Source of the DNA: Promethearchaeia archaeon
GTDB taxonomy: Archaea; Asgardarchaeota; Lokiarchaeia; Sigyniarchaeales; SOKP01
NCBI GenBank assembly: GCA_029856145.1
Contig: JAHQWK010000009.1
Coordinates: 1-42,463, forward strand
Direction: 5' to 3'
DNA length: 42,463 nt
The position numbers and the translations under genes were made by a program. The notes below the pieces were generated by a model. That model made no database searches. It had not been told where the DNA came from and worked only from the letters and a program-made list of their open reading frames with translations. Shown in pieces: positions 18,555 through 27,725 of the stretch (its first letter is position 1; each line of letters starts with the position of its first letter).

Positions 18555-18998
18555 GTGTTTAAATTGGAAAAAGCAAAAGAATATGAAATTGAAATCAGCC
18601 AAGAAATACTAGATGAGTTAATGCGTAATCTAGAAAATTTAGAAGCATCAACTGATTTAGAGGGGTCAGCAGTAGTTTCAAAAACGGGGTTAAGAATTGC
18701 AAGTTCTGAAACGACTGATGTTGTAGGGGATATTTATAGTGCGAGTCCAGCTATATTAATCTCTTTAGGAGAAAAAATTAGCCAAGGGTTAGAGCAAGGG
18801 GAATTAAGAGACATTGTTATTAGAGGGACTAAAGGGTATACGATTATTCTTGTTGGATCCGCTGATAATAATTTCATGTTATTTACAAATTGTAAAAAAG
18901 GGTATAAATTAGGGTATTATTTTCATAAAATTAGGAAAGCATTCAGAGAAATGGAATCTGTTTTGAAGAAAATTGAGACAAAAGATACGAAATACTAA
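18555..18998 (+). CDS. Roadblock/LAMTOR2 (LC7) domain protein
   Basis: 'EGSAVVSKTGLRIAS...LEQGELRDIVIRGTKGY'; real start may be TTG 18564. Confidence 0.88.
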   Translation: MFKLEKAKEYEIEISQEILDELMRNLENLEASTDLEGSAVVSKTGLRIASSETTDVVGDIYSASPAILISLGEKISQGLEQGELRDIVIRGTKGYTIILVGSADNNFMLFTNCKKGYKLGYYFHKIRKAFREMESVLKKIETKDTKY

Positions 18999-19063
18999 AA
19001 TTTATTGCTTATTCTATTGTTTAACCTTATTAAAATGTAAAAAGAAAAAAAAAGGATTTATTT

Positions 19064-20839
19064 TTATCCGAAAATCCACTTTATTGTATCTCCATTTTGT
19101 AAGTTGTATTTATTTGCTGAAACTCCTGGAAATTCATCATTGATAGAATAACGCCAATTTCCTCTTATATGATCAACACTTTCTACTAGAATTCCCATAT
19201 CTCCATAATCAGTATATTCTATATCACACCACTTTTTTAAAGCATCAAAAGCAGTAGTATTATAATCACTTAATTCAAAATCTTCCCACGTTCTTATTGT
19301 TCCATTTGCATAATCGACAATTAGCGTTATTTCTTGAACTTCTCTTAAAGGTTCATTTACTTCACCTACCTCTATACTGGAGGTAAATACAAAAAATGAA
19401 GCAAAACTAGCGCTAGCTAGGATTGCGATCAAGACATATTTATTAAATTTCTTGAATTTTGTATTAAATCTTGAAATGATTAATGAAGTGGATATGGTAA
19501 TTATACTAATTGACGTAATAACTATATACGGTAAAGATTTTAATAATAGATTACTTGGAGTACCATTTTCTTCTTTTGTAGACTCCCATGGTATATAACT
19601 CTCAATTGCCATTTCAAGTTTATAGCTTCCAACAAAAGTTTCGACCCAAAGTAGAAGTCCTGTCCATTTTTCATAAATTAGATAAGTTCCTTGGCCTCCA
19701 TCGCTTTGATCAAATGTGATTTTAATTGTTAACTCTGTTTCCTCGACAGAAACTAACCCATTTACAAATCCTGATGCTTCCTGCAGTGCTAATTTCTTTA
19801 CACGGGTTAAATTATCCATAATATGTATTAGAAAACCAGGTTGAAAATTATTATACCCAAGTGTAAGAGCCCATCCTAATTCACTATTTGATCTATTGGT
19901 AAGTGTAAAATTCGTTATTAAGGCATTGGAAATGTTTTTTACTATTTCAATATCAAACCAAGGAATAGGATCATCAAAAATATTCCCCCAATCATTCGGA
20001 TCTTTATTGTAATAACCTGTAAAATTCACAATTATTTGACCCCCAGAATTAGTCTTCCATTCACCTTCAAGGCCAAATGTAAAATTATACCATCCAACAA
20101 CTCCACCAAATTGATTAACATTATAAATAAAACTAGAAGTGTAATCTAGTGTGAAATTAAGTGATTGAATTTCAAGTAAGTATCCAAAAATACTAGTTTT
20201 CGCCCAAATTAATAACCCTGTCCATTTATCGTATATTAACTCAGTTTTCTGACTTCCACCAATTTGATTAAAGCCAATATAAAGAAAATCGTATGTTTCT
20301 TCAATATCAATTTCGCCTACAATATCATATAATCCGCCTGGATCTGCTTGGTTTGTCGCTAGCTCCTTAATGTGTGTGAGATTCTCATCTGGAATTAAAA
20401 ATCCTGACTGAAAATTGTTATAGCCTAGAGTTAATGCTCTCGCAACTTCACTATTAGATCTATTATTTAAAGTAAAATTATTATTAAGAGTACCAAGATT
20501 ATTCTCGTAGATTTCAATGTCATACCAAGGTATTGGATCACTGAATACATTACCCCAATCATTTATATCTTTATTATAAAATTCTGTAAGATTAATCCTT
20601 ATTTGCCCTCCAGGATTAGTCTTCCATTCACCTTCAAGGCCAAATGTAAAATTATACCATCCAGTTGAATCCCCGAATTGTACAACTTCATATACATAAG
20701 GTTTATTGAAATTGAGATTTTGGGAATATGATTCCGGAATAGTGTGTTCAGCCTTAACTAAAGGAATAGAACCCGAATAGAGTAATTGAATAAATACTAA
20801 AATCGAAATGAAGTATATTGCTTTTTTAGTGTTTTTCAT
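19064..20839 (-). CDS. Surface/membrane protein with two tandem ~189-aa domains, two TM helices and C-terminal DUF4430 (transcobalamin-like) domain
   Basis: Signal peptide; repeated 'GWYNFTFGLEGEWKTN...DPIPW'; C-terminal 'TTAFDAL...YGDMGILVESV...WRYSIND...LQNGDTIKW'. Confidence 0.75.
   Translation of the reverse strand: MKNTKKAIYFISILVFIQLLYSGSIPLVKAEHTIPESYSQNLNFNKPYVYEVVQFGDSTGWYNFTFGLEGEWKTNPGGQIRINLTEFYNKDINDWGNVFSDPIPWYDIEIYENNLGTLNNNFTLNNRSNSEVARALTLGYNNFQSGFLIPDENLTHIKELATNQADPGGLYDIVGEIDIEETYDFLYIGFNQIGGSQKTELIYDKWTGLLIWAKTSIFGYLLEIQSLNFTLDYTSSFIYNVNQFGGVVGWYNFTFGLEGEWKTNSGGQIIVNFTGYYNKDPNDWGNIFDDPIPWFDIEIVKNISNALITNFTLTNRSNSELGWALTLGYNNFQPGFLIHIMDNLTRVKKLALQEASGFVNGLVSVEETELTIKITFDQSDGGQGTYLIYEKWTGLLLWVETFVGSYKLEMAIESYIPWESTKEENGTPSNLLLKSLPYIVITSISIITISTSLIISRFNTKFKKFNKYVLIAILASASFASFFVFTSSIEVGEVNEPLREVQEITLIVDYANGTIRTWEDFELSDYNTTAFDALKKWCDIEYTDYGDMGILVESVDHIRGNWRYSINDEFPGVSANKYNLQNGDTIKWIFG
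20048..20663. repeat. 49-bp exact direct repeat (20048-20096 and 20615-20663) within an intragenic tandem duplication
   Basis: attagtcttccattcaccttcaaggccaaatgtaaaattataccatcca occurs twice, 567 bp apart. Confidence 0.9.
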
Positions 20840-20875
20840 TGATTTTATTCACTTTTTTCTAAATACACATACAAA

Positions 20876-20909
20876 AATGTAGGGAAAACTAGTACAAGTT
20901 TCCTACATT
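20876..20909 (-). promoter_or_regulatory. Hairpin followed by a T-run in the 5' leader of the DUF4430 gene
   Basis: aatgtagg/cctacatt plus aaact/agttt inverted repeat; TTTAAAT box at 20941-20947 upstream on the minus strand. Confidence 0.4.
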
Positions 20910-21095
20910 CTCTAATATGATTTTATTAAAGAAAGATTTAATTTAAAGGTTGGTAATTTATCCTACAGAGTTCTGAGCTCCTAATCTTAGAAAAACGAAT
21001 CTAGAGAGGACATAATTTTGATTGTTTATTTAACTTCAATAGAAGTTCATGTAGTCAATCTATATATAGAACTAATGATATGAAGAGTACATAAT

Positions 21096-21803
21096 ATGCT
21101 TGAAGAATTTGATTTTGAGAAATATTGGTTGAATAAATTTTCTAAATGTCTAACCAAAATCGCAGGAGAAGATATCAGACAAGAAGTTTTAGTTGGTAGT
21201 GAAAATTTTACCGAAAGCACCGACGTAGATGAAATATTTAGTTGGTCTCAAAAAGCAATAGAAAAACTCGATTTGCTTGTTGATGAAGAAAAGCGCATTG
21301 ATATTATGACAGGATGTGCTTGTCAATACTCAAAACAAGATTTACAAGAAATTAAGAAAAAATATGAAGAGACTAAAGATCGTGATTTAGTTCACGAAAT
21401 GCTTCAAGAAAAATTTGAAAACTTCTTAAGAAATACTCTTAAATTAAATGAGGAATATTTTAATTTTATTGTTAATAGAGGGTGGGGTTTAGCTGGTATA
21501 AAAATAAAAAATAAAATTATTGCGACTAAAATACCTAAAAGTGGATTTCTTGTAGAATACATGAAAGAATCAGATCTTGAAAAGAAGAAAGCACATTATT
21601 GTCATTGCCCTAGAATAAGAGATGCCTTAAAAAAGCCTGGAACAAGAATATCTCCAACATATTGTTATTGTGGAGCTGGTTTCTATAAGGGTATTTGGGA
21701 AGAGATACTACAAAAACCGGTAAAAGTTGAAGTTTTAGAATCTGTATTTAATGGAGGAGATGTATGTAAAATAGCAATACATCTACCTTCTGATAAAATG
21801 TAA
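21096..21803 (+). CDS. Cys-rich conserved protein (DUF6144-like)
   Basis: 'GCAC', 'YCHCPRI', 'YCYCGAGF', 'GGDVC' motifs. Confidence 0.7.
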   Translation: MLEEFDFEKYWLNKFSKCLTKIAGEDIRQEVLVGSENFTESTDVDEIFSWSQKAIEKLDLLVDEEKRIDIMTGCACQYSKQDLQEIKKKYEETKDRDLVHEMLQEKFENFLRNTLKLNEEYFNFIVNRGWGLAGIKIKNKIIATKIPKSGFLVEYMKESDLEKKKAHYCHCPRIRDALKKPGTRISPTYCYCGAGFYKGIWEEILQKPVKVEVLESVFNGGDVCKIAIHLPSDKM

Positions 21804-21825
21804 GAAATTGAATAATAGAAAATTA

Positions 21826-22290
21826 TTAATGTATTGCCCTATTCTTGATTTTTTCTTTTAATCCTTGTAAAGCTTTAGACCATGCATTTTCAAAATAATT
21901 TCGCGCTTTTTGCCATTCTTTATCATTTCTCCAGCCTGTATGAAATAAATAAATGATTGTTTTATGTGGATCATTATCTTTACAAGATAAAAATATAATC
22001 ACGTGGGTTAATGGATCAGCTGTATTCATAAAGTTTTGAAAATCAACTGGACCTTTCCAATTGAATGAAATATATTTATTTTTTTCAATTCCTGTAATTT
22101 TACATCCAATTGTACTATTGATTTGTTTGTTTTTTGGGTCCCAAAAAAGCTCATATTTACCTCCAAGCTTAGGATATATATCAGCTTCTTCAGTTAACCA
22201 ACTTTCTAATAGTTCGTTAACGGTGAAGCATTTAAATGCAGTGTTTATATCGCAATTTACTTCTTCTTTAATCAGAATAATATTCTCCAT
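21826..22290 (-). CDS. SRPBCC/AHSA1-like protein
   Basis: 'ELLESWL', 'GGKYELFW', 'ISFNW', 'HTGW...WSKALQGLK'. Confidence 0.88.
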   Translation of the reverse strand: MENIILIKEEVNCDINTAFKCFTVNELLESWLTEEADIYPKLGGKYELFWDPKNKQINSTIGCKITGIEKNKYISFNWKGPVDFQNFMNTADPLTHVIIFLSCKDNDPHKTIIYLFHTGWRNDKEWQKARNYFENAWSKALQGLKEKIKNRAIH

Positions 22291-22430
22291 AATAAATTAC
22301 CTAATAATTTCTATCTCTTAGTTGTTTTTATTTGACAGAATTGTAACCTGGTAAATTATCCTATATATTTTTAATACTAATTGCATTATTGATCTTAACT
22401 TTAATGAAAACAAATTAAACTGAGATTCTA

Positions 22431-23075
22431 TTGGGGTTAAAATTGGAAACAAAAGAGATTAGTGAAACAGTTGAAATAGTTAAGACTGAACTAGAAAATG
22501 TGAATCACTCAATATGGTTAGAAAGAAAATCTTTTCGAATTGCACTAATTAGCACCTTTGCAGCATTAGCGATAGTTTTAGGTTATATACTAGCATACAT
22601 TCCTAATATTGAATTATTTACTCTTACTATTTTCTTCTCGGGTTTTATATTAGGCAAACGAGATGGAATGATAGTTGGATTTTTAAGTTCATTTATTTTC
22701 TGTTTTTTTAATCCTTTAAGCCCCTCTCCTTTACCACTCTTGATTTTTCAACTTGCTCATTATTCCTCAACTGGATTAATAGGAGCTCTGTTAAGTATTT
22801 TTTTATCAAAGAAAAAAAGATTTAATTCAGATAAAGATTTGTACAAAATTTCTGTAATGGTGCTATTCGGTTGTATTGGTGCATTAATTACGACAAATTT
22901 TCAAATTTTCGCTTCGCTAGTTTATACTTTATCTTTTTATGGTACCATTAATCAATTTATTCCCCATTTTCTTGCAGGTGCATTATTTACAGCTATACAT
23001 ATTATTGGAAATACGCTTGGATTTATTTTTATATTGCCTGGATTAATCCAGTTAGCAAACAAGATGCTTCATTAA
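22431..23075 (+). CDS. ECF transporter S component (possibly for cobalamin or a precursor)
   Basis: Six TM helices; 'IPNIELFTLTIFFSGFILGKRDG'; 'IHIIGN'; start may be TTG 22443. Confidence 0.75.
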   Translation: MGLKLETKEISETVEIVKTELENVNHSIWLERKSFRIALISTFAALAIVLGYILAYIPNIELFTLTIFFSGFILGKRDGMIVGFLSSFIFCFFNPLSPSPLPLLIFQLAHYSSTGLIGALLSIFLSKKKRFNSDKDLYKISVMVLFGCIGALITTNFQIFASLVYTLSFYGTINQFIPHFLAGALFTAIHIIGNTLGFIFILPGLIQLANKMLH

Positions 23076-23089
23076 AAAAAGCCAGATTT

Positions 23090-23233
23090 TTAGAAAATAG
23101 CTAAAAAAGCTAGTGTAGAAGGTAGCATTAAAACTAAAATTATAATTATACAAATTAATAAACAAGTATTTCTCTTTTTTCTCTGATTATCAGTTTCATC
23201 AATATCCTTTTCATCTATATCTACAATTTCCAT
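23090..23233 (-). CDS. 47-aa putative tail-anchored membrane microprotein (not in ORF track)
   Basis: MEIVDIDEKDIDETDNQRKKRNTCLLICIIIILVLMLPSTLAFLAIF*; fills the gap between rpl15 and the convergent ECF gene. Confidence 0.55.
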   Translation of the reverse strand: MEIVDIDEKDIDETDNQRKKRNTCLLICIIIILVLMLPSTLAFLAIF

Positions 23234-23297
23234 CTTATGATCTCTTTAGGAAATTTCACTCAAAATGGTTAAGAAATAGTTAAAATTAATTTTTCTT

Positions 23298-23783
23298 TTA
23301 TTCTACTTGAGATAATAAGTTAATCTTACCTCCAGCAGCTTGAATTTTTTCCATAGCTTTTTTAGAAGCTTTATTTACAGTTATATTAATTGCTTTATTA
23401 ATTTCTCCACGACCAAGTATTTTTTGAATGTTAATTTCATTCAAATTTATACTATAGGAGTTTCCTGATTTTATTGCTTTTTTATCTAAAACGAAATTAT
23501 CTATTCTTTTATCTAAGTCTTTAATATTAATTGTATTAATCTGATAAATTCTGGTAATATCTTGGGGTCTCTTAAAACCTTTCTTTCCCAAGTCCCAATC
23601 TGGGTCTGGAAATCCGAGTTCCTTTTGTTTTAAGTAGTAGCTCTTTTTGCTTTTTTTCCATTGAGTAGTTTTTCCTCTTCCGGCTCTTTGTCCTGTTTTT
23701 CTATGCTGACCTACTTTACCATACCCGTGTGTACGTCTACCTCTCATTTTTCGGACTTTTTTAGGATATTTTCTTGTAATCAT
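23298..23783 (-). CDS. rpl15: 50S ribosomal protein L15 (uL15)
   Basis: 'RKMRGRRTHGYG', 'KILGRG', 'AMEKIQAAGG'. Confidence 0.96.
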   Translation of the reverse strand: MITRKYPKKVRKMRGRRTHGYGKVGQHRKTGQRAGRGKTTQWKKSKKSYYLKQKELGFPDPDWDLGKKGFKRPQDITRIYQINTINIKDLDKRIDNFVLDKKAIKSGNSYSINLNEINIQKILGRGEINKAINITVNKASKKAMEKIQAAGGKINLLSQVE

Positions 23784-23797
23784 TACTCACCTTACAA

Positions 23798-24322
23798 TTA
23801 TAACATTTTATGAATTAATCCATTAATGTAAATACCTACATTACCAAGTGTTCCCCCTTCATTGTAATGTTTCTTTATTGTCCCTCGATGTCCTTTTCTG
23901 GGGGGATGTAATCGGAAAACTGGTTTAATTTTATAAATATCCTTTTCTTGATATTGTATTTCTCCAGTAATAAGAGCTTTTGCTAATTCTCTGAAATTCT
24001 TATATTTAGTTAGATTTTTGATATACTCCTCAGTTAGAGTGCGATTTCCTTCTGTTTTTCCTCTTACTCTTAACAATCTAATCAATGTTTTTTCATCAAT
24101 TTCACCATAAGAAATATAGTCTTTACATTTGACAAGCATTCCTTCAAATGAAGGAGTCCCCCAAATAAGTACACCATGATTTAATTTATGCATTCTGAGC
24201 ATTTTTAACGTATCTAATATCTTTCTCCTCATCCCTGGAGCGCCTCTTATACGCACTGCAAAAAATAATTTCGGTGTGGATTCTGTCTCCTTTATTTTTG
24301 ATCTTTTTTTTGCCATAGCCAT
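23798..24322 (-). CDS. rpl30: 50S ribosomal protein L30 (uL30)
   Basis: 'AVRIRG', 'FRLHPPRKG'. Confidence 0.96.
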   Translation of the reverse strand: MAMAKKRSKIKETESTPKLFFAVRIRGAPGMRRKILDTLKMLRMHKLNHGVLIWGTPSFEGMLVKCKDYISYGEIDEKTLIRLLRVRGKTEGNRTLTEEYIKNLTKYKNFRELAKALITGEIQYQEKDIYKIKPVFRLHPPRKGHRGTIKKHYNEGGTLGNVGIYINGLIHKML

Positions 24323-24339
24323 TTATACACCACTAATAT

Positions 24340-24954
24340 TTATAAATTGAAGTTATATTTATGTGCATTTTTTAGAGCATCGAATGTTGCTTTCACAAGA
24401 TTCTCACTTGTTCTTGTATCACCAAAAGTCTTACTCCAAATATCTTCAATCCCACATAATCTTAATACTTGCTTAACTTTATCAGCGCATGCCAATCCTA
24501 CTCCTACTGGAGAAGGTATTAATCGAATCCTAACTGAACCACATTTTCCTTCTATTTTAAAAGGAATACTATGAGTTCCTCCACACCCACATTCTCCACT
24601 TCCACAACCTCTCATAATAGGAACTACAGATAGTTTTGCTTTGTCAATAGCCTTTCTAATAGCAGGGCCGACTTCTTTACTTTTTGACGCCCCAACACCC
24701 AGGAATCCATCTGATCCTACAATTACGACTGCTTTAAATCGACTACGTTGACCACTAGCAGTCATCTTTTGAACCATCTTGATCTTCACAACATCTTCAC
24801 GTAATTGTGGTAAGAGAATATCTATTATTTCTTTTTCCTTTACCACAAGATTATTTTGAAAGATTTTATCTAGAGTTATGAGCCCTTGTTTTACAAGTTC
24901 ACCCAATTTGGTTTTAGGGAACCATTCCTCTCCAACACTCCTTAATCGACTCAT
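24340..24954 (-). CDS. rps5: 30S ribosomal protein S5 (uS5)
   Basis: 'WFPKTKLG', 'GQRSRFK', 'GKCGSVRIRLIP'. Confidence 0.97.
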   Translation of the reverse strand: MSRLRSVGEEWFPKTKLGELVKQGLITLDKIFQNNLVVKEKEIIDILLPQLREDVVKIKMVQKMTASGQRSRFKAVVIVGSDGFLGVGASKSKEVGPAIRKAIDKAKLSVVPIMRGCGSGECGCGGTHSIPFKIEGKCGSVRIRLIPSPVGVGLACADKVKQVLRLCGIEDIWSKTFGDTRTSENLVKATFDALKNAHKYNFNL

Positions 24955-24968
24955 CTTATTACACTATT

Positions 24969-25562
24969 TTAAGATTTATTTTCTATTAATTTTAATGAAT
25001 TTGAAAAAAGTTGGTCAATTTTTAAGGGATTAACTTTTTTCTTGTTTATATAACCAGAAAATATTTGTTCATATTTTTCCGGCTCATTTGATTTTAAAAT
25101 TTTCGCATAATCTTCGATGTGAGTACCTTTAATTCTATCTTCTAAATTTTCTGGAAAAAATTCTTCACGGTAAGGAATATTTATTCCTGAATCTATTACT
25201 CCTTTGCATGCTGCAAGTACTCGATTTTTATGGTAAAAAATTCCTAAATCAAAAATTGCTTCTTGAATATTTTTAGCTTTTGCTCTTGTTCCTGCTAAAT
25301 AACCTGTTAAATATGCTGCGGGTATATTTCCAGTATTTGCATTCCAATCAAACTTTAATGGTAATTCCTTGGAGAAAGCAGATATTAAAACTTTATCTCC
25401 TCCTAATTTTGATTGAATAATTTGAACTCTCATATGATCATTTGTTGCTCGAACAGTAACTCTCAACTTTCTAGATTTTAGCAACTTTAACCTTTTATGA
25501 TAATCTGTTTTACCCTCATTGCGGCGTCGTAATGATCTTTTATACCTTGGGCCTCTTGCCAT
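24969..25562 (-). CDS. rpl18: 50S ribosomal protein L18 (uL18)
   Basis: 'RRRNEGKTDYHKRL', 'AAYLTGYL'. Confidence 0.97.
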   Translation of the reverse strand: MARGPRYKRSLRRRNEGKTDYHKRLKLLKSRKLRVTVRATNDHMRVQIIQSKLGGDKVLISAFSKELPLKFDWNANTGNIPAAYLTGYLAGTRAKAKNIQEAIFDLGIFYHKNRVLAACKGVIDSGINIPYREEFFPENLEDRIKGTHIEDYAKILKSNEPEKYEQIFSGYINKKKVNPLKIDQLFSNSLKLIENKS

Positions 25563-25564
25563 GT

Positions 25565-26026
25565 TTATCGACCTCTTCCTCGTCTTATTAATTCTTTCTC
25601 TTTAATATATCTATTCATTTGAGCGACACTAACGAACATGCCACCTTTAGCATTCTTATATAATTTCCGATAATTAGCAGTAGTAATTAATTTTCGATTC
25701 CTAAGTTTTTTCAACTCTCTTCTAAGGGGTCGAATTCGTCTAATCCATGCTCTTTTCTTTGGGGTTCTAGCATGTTTTGTCCCCTTTCTTTTACCTAATC
25801 CTCTCGCTCTTCCTTTCTTCTTCCTTTCATGTCTAAGATTTTTTCGGTATTTTGAGACGCCTTGTTTATATTTTTTCTGAATCACTCCTTGTTTTATTAA
25901 ATTTCGGACATCTTCACGGGTTATAGCTAATGAGATGTCTTCAATTAGGTATGGATCAAAATAAACTCGATTCTCCCCACACTTGAGAATCTCAGCAGCC
26001 ATCCTTTTTTGTGGTTTTAAATTCAT
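25565..26026 (-). CDS. rpl19e: 50S ribosomal protein L19e
   Basis: 'QKRMAAEILKCGENRV', 'WIRRIRPLRR'. Confidence 0.97.
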   Translation of the reverse strand: MNLKPQKRMAAEILKCGENRVYFDPYLIEDISLAITREDVRNLIKQGVIQKKYKQGVSKYRKNLRHERKKKGRARGLGKRKGTKHARTPKKRAWIRRIRPLRRELKKLRNRKLITTANYRKLYKNAKGGMFVSVAQMNRYIKEKELIRRGRGR

Positions 26027-26027
26027 A

Positions 26028-26519
26028 TTATTCTCCCTCTAAGGCATCTTCTAACTCATCAATATCTAAAAATTCTTCATCTTCCATATCTGACAACGGA
26101 GCTTCTACTATTGCTTCTAACCTTTCAAGCTCTTTTTGTGAAATTCCAAGGTTTAATATTTTAAAACCTCTTTTTTGACAATAATCGATAAGAGCAACGC
26201 GTTTTTTAGAACCTAACTTGCTAGAAATTTTAATTGCATGACGATTTTTATTTAAATCGTTTAAATCTTGTATTGTGGTAACCCTAACTTCTTCATACCC
26301 AGATGGATGTAAACCCCTTACTTTTTTTGGATTTCTATATCCTACTGTTGGAGATTTAACACCTGATTTCTTTTTTTTTCTAGTTTTTGAATCAATCCCT
26401 CTGGCTTTTCTCCAAGAATCTGAAACTCTTTTATATCTCCAAGATTCAACTCTTTTAAATGAGGGTCTTTTTTTATTATTCTTTTTCCGAAGTTCCATCA
26501 ATCGTTTATTTTGTGTCAT
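26028..26519 (-). CDS. rpl32e: 50S ribosomal protein L32e with acidic C-terminal extension
   Basis: 'WRKARGIDSK', 'RGLHPSG'. Confidence 0.97.
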   Translation of the reverse strand: MTQNKRLMELRKKNNKKRPSFKRVESWRYKRVSDSWRKARGIDSKTRKKKKSGVKSPTVGYRNPKKVRGLHPSGYEEVRVTTIQDLNDLNKNRHAIKISSKLGSKKRVALIDYCQKRGFKILNLGISQKELERLEAIVEAPLSDMEDEEFLDIDELEDALEGE

Positions 26520-26534
26520 AATAATAACCTCAAT

Positions 26535-27113
26535 CTATTGTATTTCCCAGATTACTTCCTCTCCCAGCATTTTTTTATATAAATAAACACCATCTTGAAA
26601 GACTCGTGGGTCTTTTTTTCTAATACGACAAGCTCTTTTAACATTAGCGGCAACTTGTCCTAATAATTCTTTATCAGGACCAATGAAATATACGTCATCT
26701 CCTTTCACTTCCACTTCTACATTTTTTGGATAATTTGCCTTTCTAGGAGCTCTTTCTCCTAAGAAATTAACTATGTGAATCTCTTGTTTATCCGATTTCA
26801 CTTCACAATTACAAGGAAAATGTGAATAACAAATTTTTGAGATATATTTATAATTAGTTTGAACACCAATGATTAAATTATTAATAATACTAACTACAGT
26901 TTTAATTAAAGCGAGAGTTCCACTTTTTGGAAAATTAGTGGAAAATGTAATTTTATTCCCTTCAATAGAGGCTTTAATACCTCTTACATGCGAAAAATCT
27001 TTTGTAATATCTCCATTTGGTCCTTTTACTCTGATATGATGCCCACCTTCCAGAGTAACTTTTACTCCTTTAGGAATTTCCAATTCTTCCTTAAAGAATG
27101 CTATTTTTACCAT
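26535..27113 (-). CDS. rpl6: 50S ribosomal protein L6 (uL6)
   Basis: 'YSHFP', 'NFLGE', 'KDPRVFQDGVY'. Confidence 0.97.
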   Translation of the reverse strand: MVKIAFFKEELEIPKGVKVTLEGGHHIRVKGPNGDITKDFSHVRGIKASIEGNKITFSTNFPKSGTLALIKTVVSIINNLIIGVQTNYKYISKICYSHFPCNCEVKSDKQEIHIVNFLGERAPRKANYPKNVEVEVKGDDVYFIGPDKELLGQVAANVKRACRIRKKDPRVFQDGVYLYKKMLGEEVIWEIQ

Positions 27114-27135
27114 TTGATCTTCACTTCATATAAAT

Positions 27136-27519
27136 TCAATAAATATAACATAGTGTATGACCACCTAGATTCTTTCCTTCAGCTTCACTCATTGTCATAA
27201 TTCCTTGATTTGTGGTCAATATTATTAATCCTAAACCAGGCGCGGGCAATAATTTTCTTTCCAACAACTCAAATTGAGAAATTTTATAATTTAACCTCAT
27301 TAACCCCGCACATTCATTAATTTTACCTAATAAGGCGAGCTTGAATTTTCCCTGTCGTCCATCATCATATCTTTCGAATTCTCCAATATAGGCATGTCTC
27401 TGAAATATTCGAAGAATTTGTTGCAGGACTTTAGACGCTGGAGTGATCACCACTTCTTTTTTTCGTGCTTTTTCTGCATTTTTAAGAGCACAACATGCAT
27501 CTGCTATTGTATTTGTCAT
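27136..27519 (-). CDS. rps8: 30S ribosomal protein S8 (uS8)
   Basis: 'YIGEFERYDDGRQG', 'LTTNQGIM'. Confidence 0.96.
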   Translation of the reverse strand: MTNTIADACCALKNAEKARKKEVVITPASKVLQQILRIFQRHAYIGEFERYDDGRQGKFKLALLGKINECAGLMRLNYKISQFELLERKLLPAPGLGLIILTTNQGIMTMSEAEGKNLGGHTLCYIY

Positions 27520-27556
27520 TAAATCTCACGCTTTTCAATATATTTTTATATAATTC

Positions 27557-27706
27557 TCATTCAAATCTTTTAAATCCAATATCTTTCCCTATTTCATAAA
27601 AGCATCTTCGGCATATATATAAACCATAACGTCTAATTACACCTCTGTGAGTATGACAACGTCTACACTCACGAACTCCCTTCCCATAATGCTTGCCTTG
27701 TGGTAT
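27557..27706 (-). CDS. rps14: 30S ribosomal protein S14 (uS14; missed by ORF track; ATA start)
   Basis: (M)[48 protein letters not shown]; between rpl5 and rps8. Confidence 0.95.
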   Translation of the reverse strand: MPQGKHYGKGVRECRRCHTHRGVIRRYGLYICRRCFYEIGKDIGFKRFE

Positions 27707-27725
27707 TTTATTTCACCTTAATTAA

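Noticed and set aside
20840-21095. Cobalamin riboswitch
   Set aside because: No B12-box or conserved core seen; only a simple hairpin.
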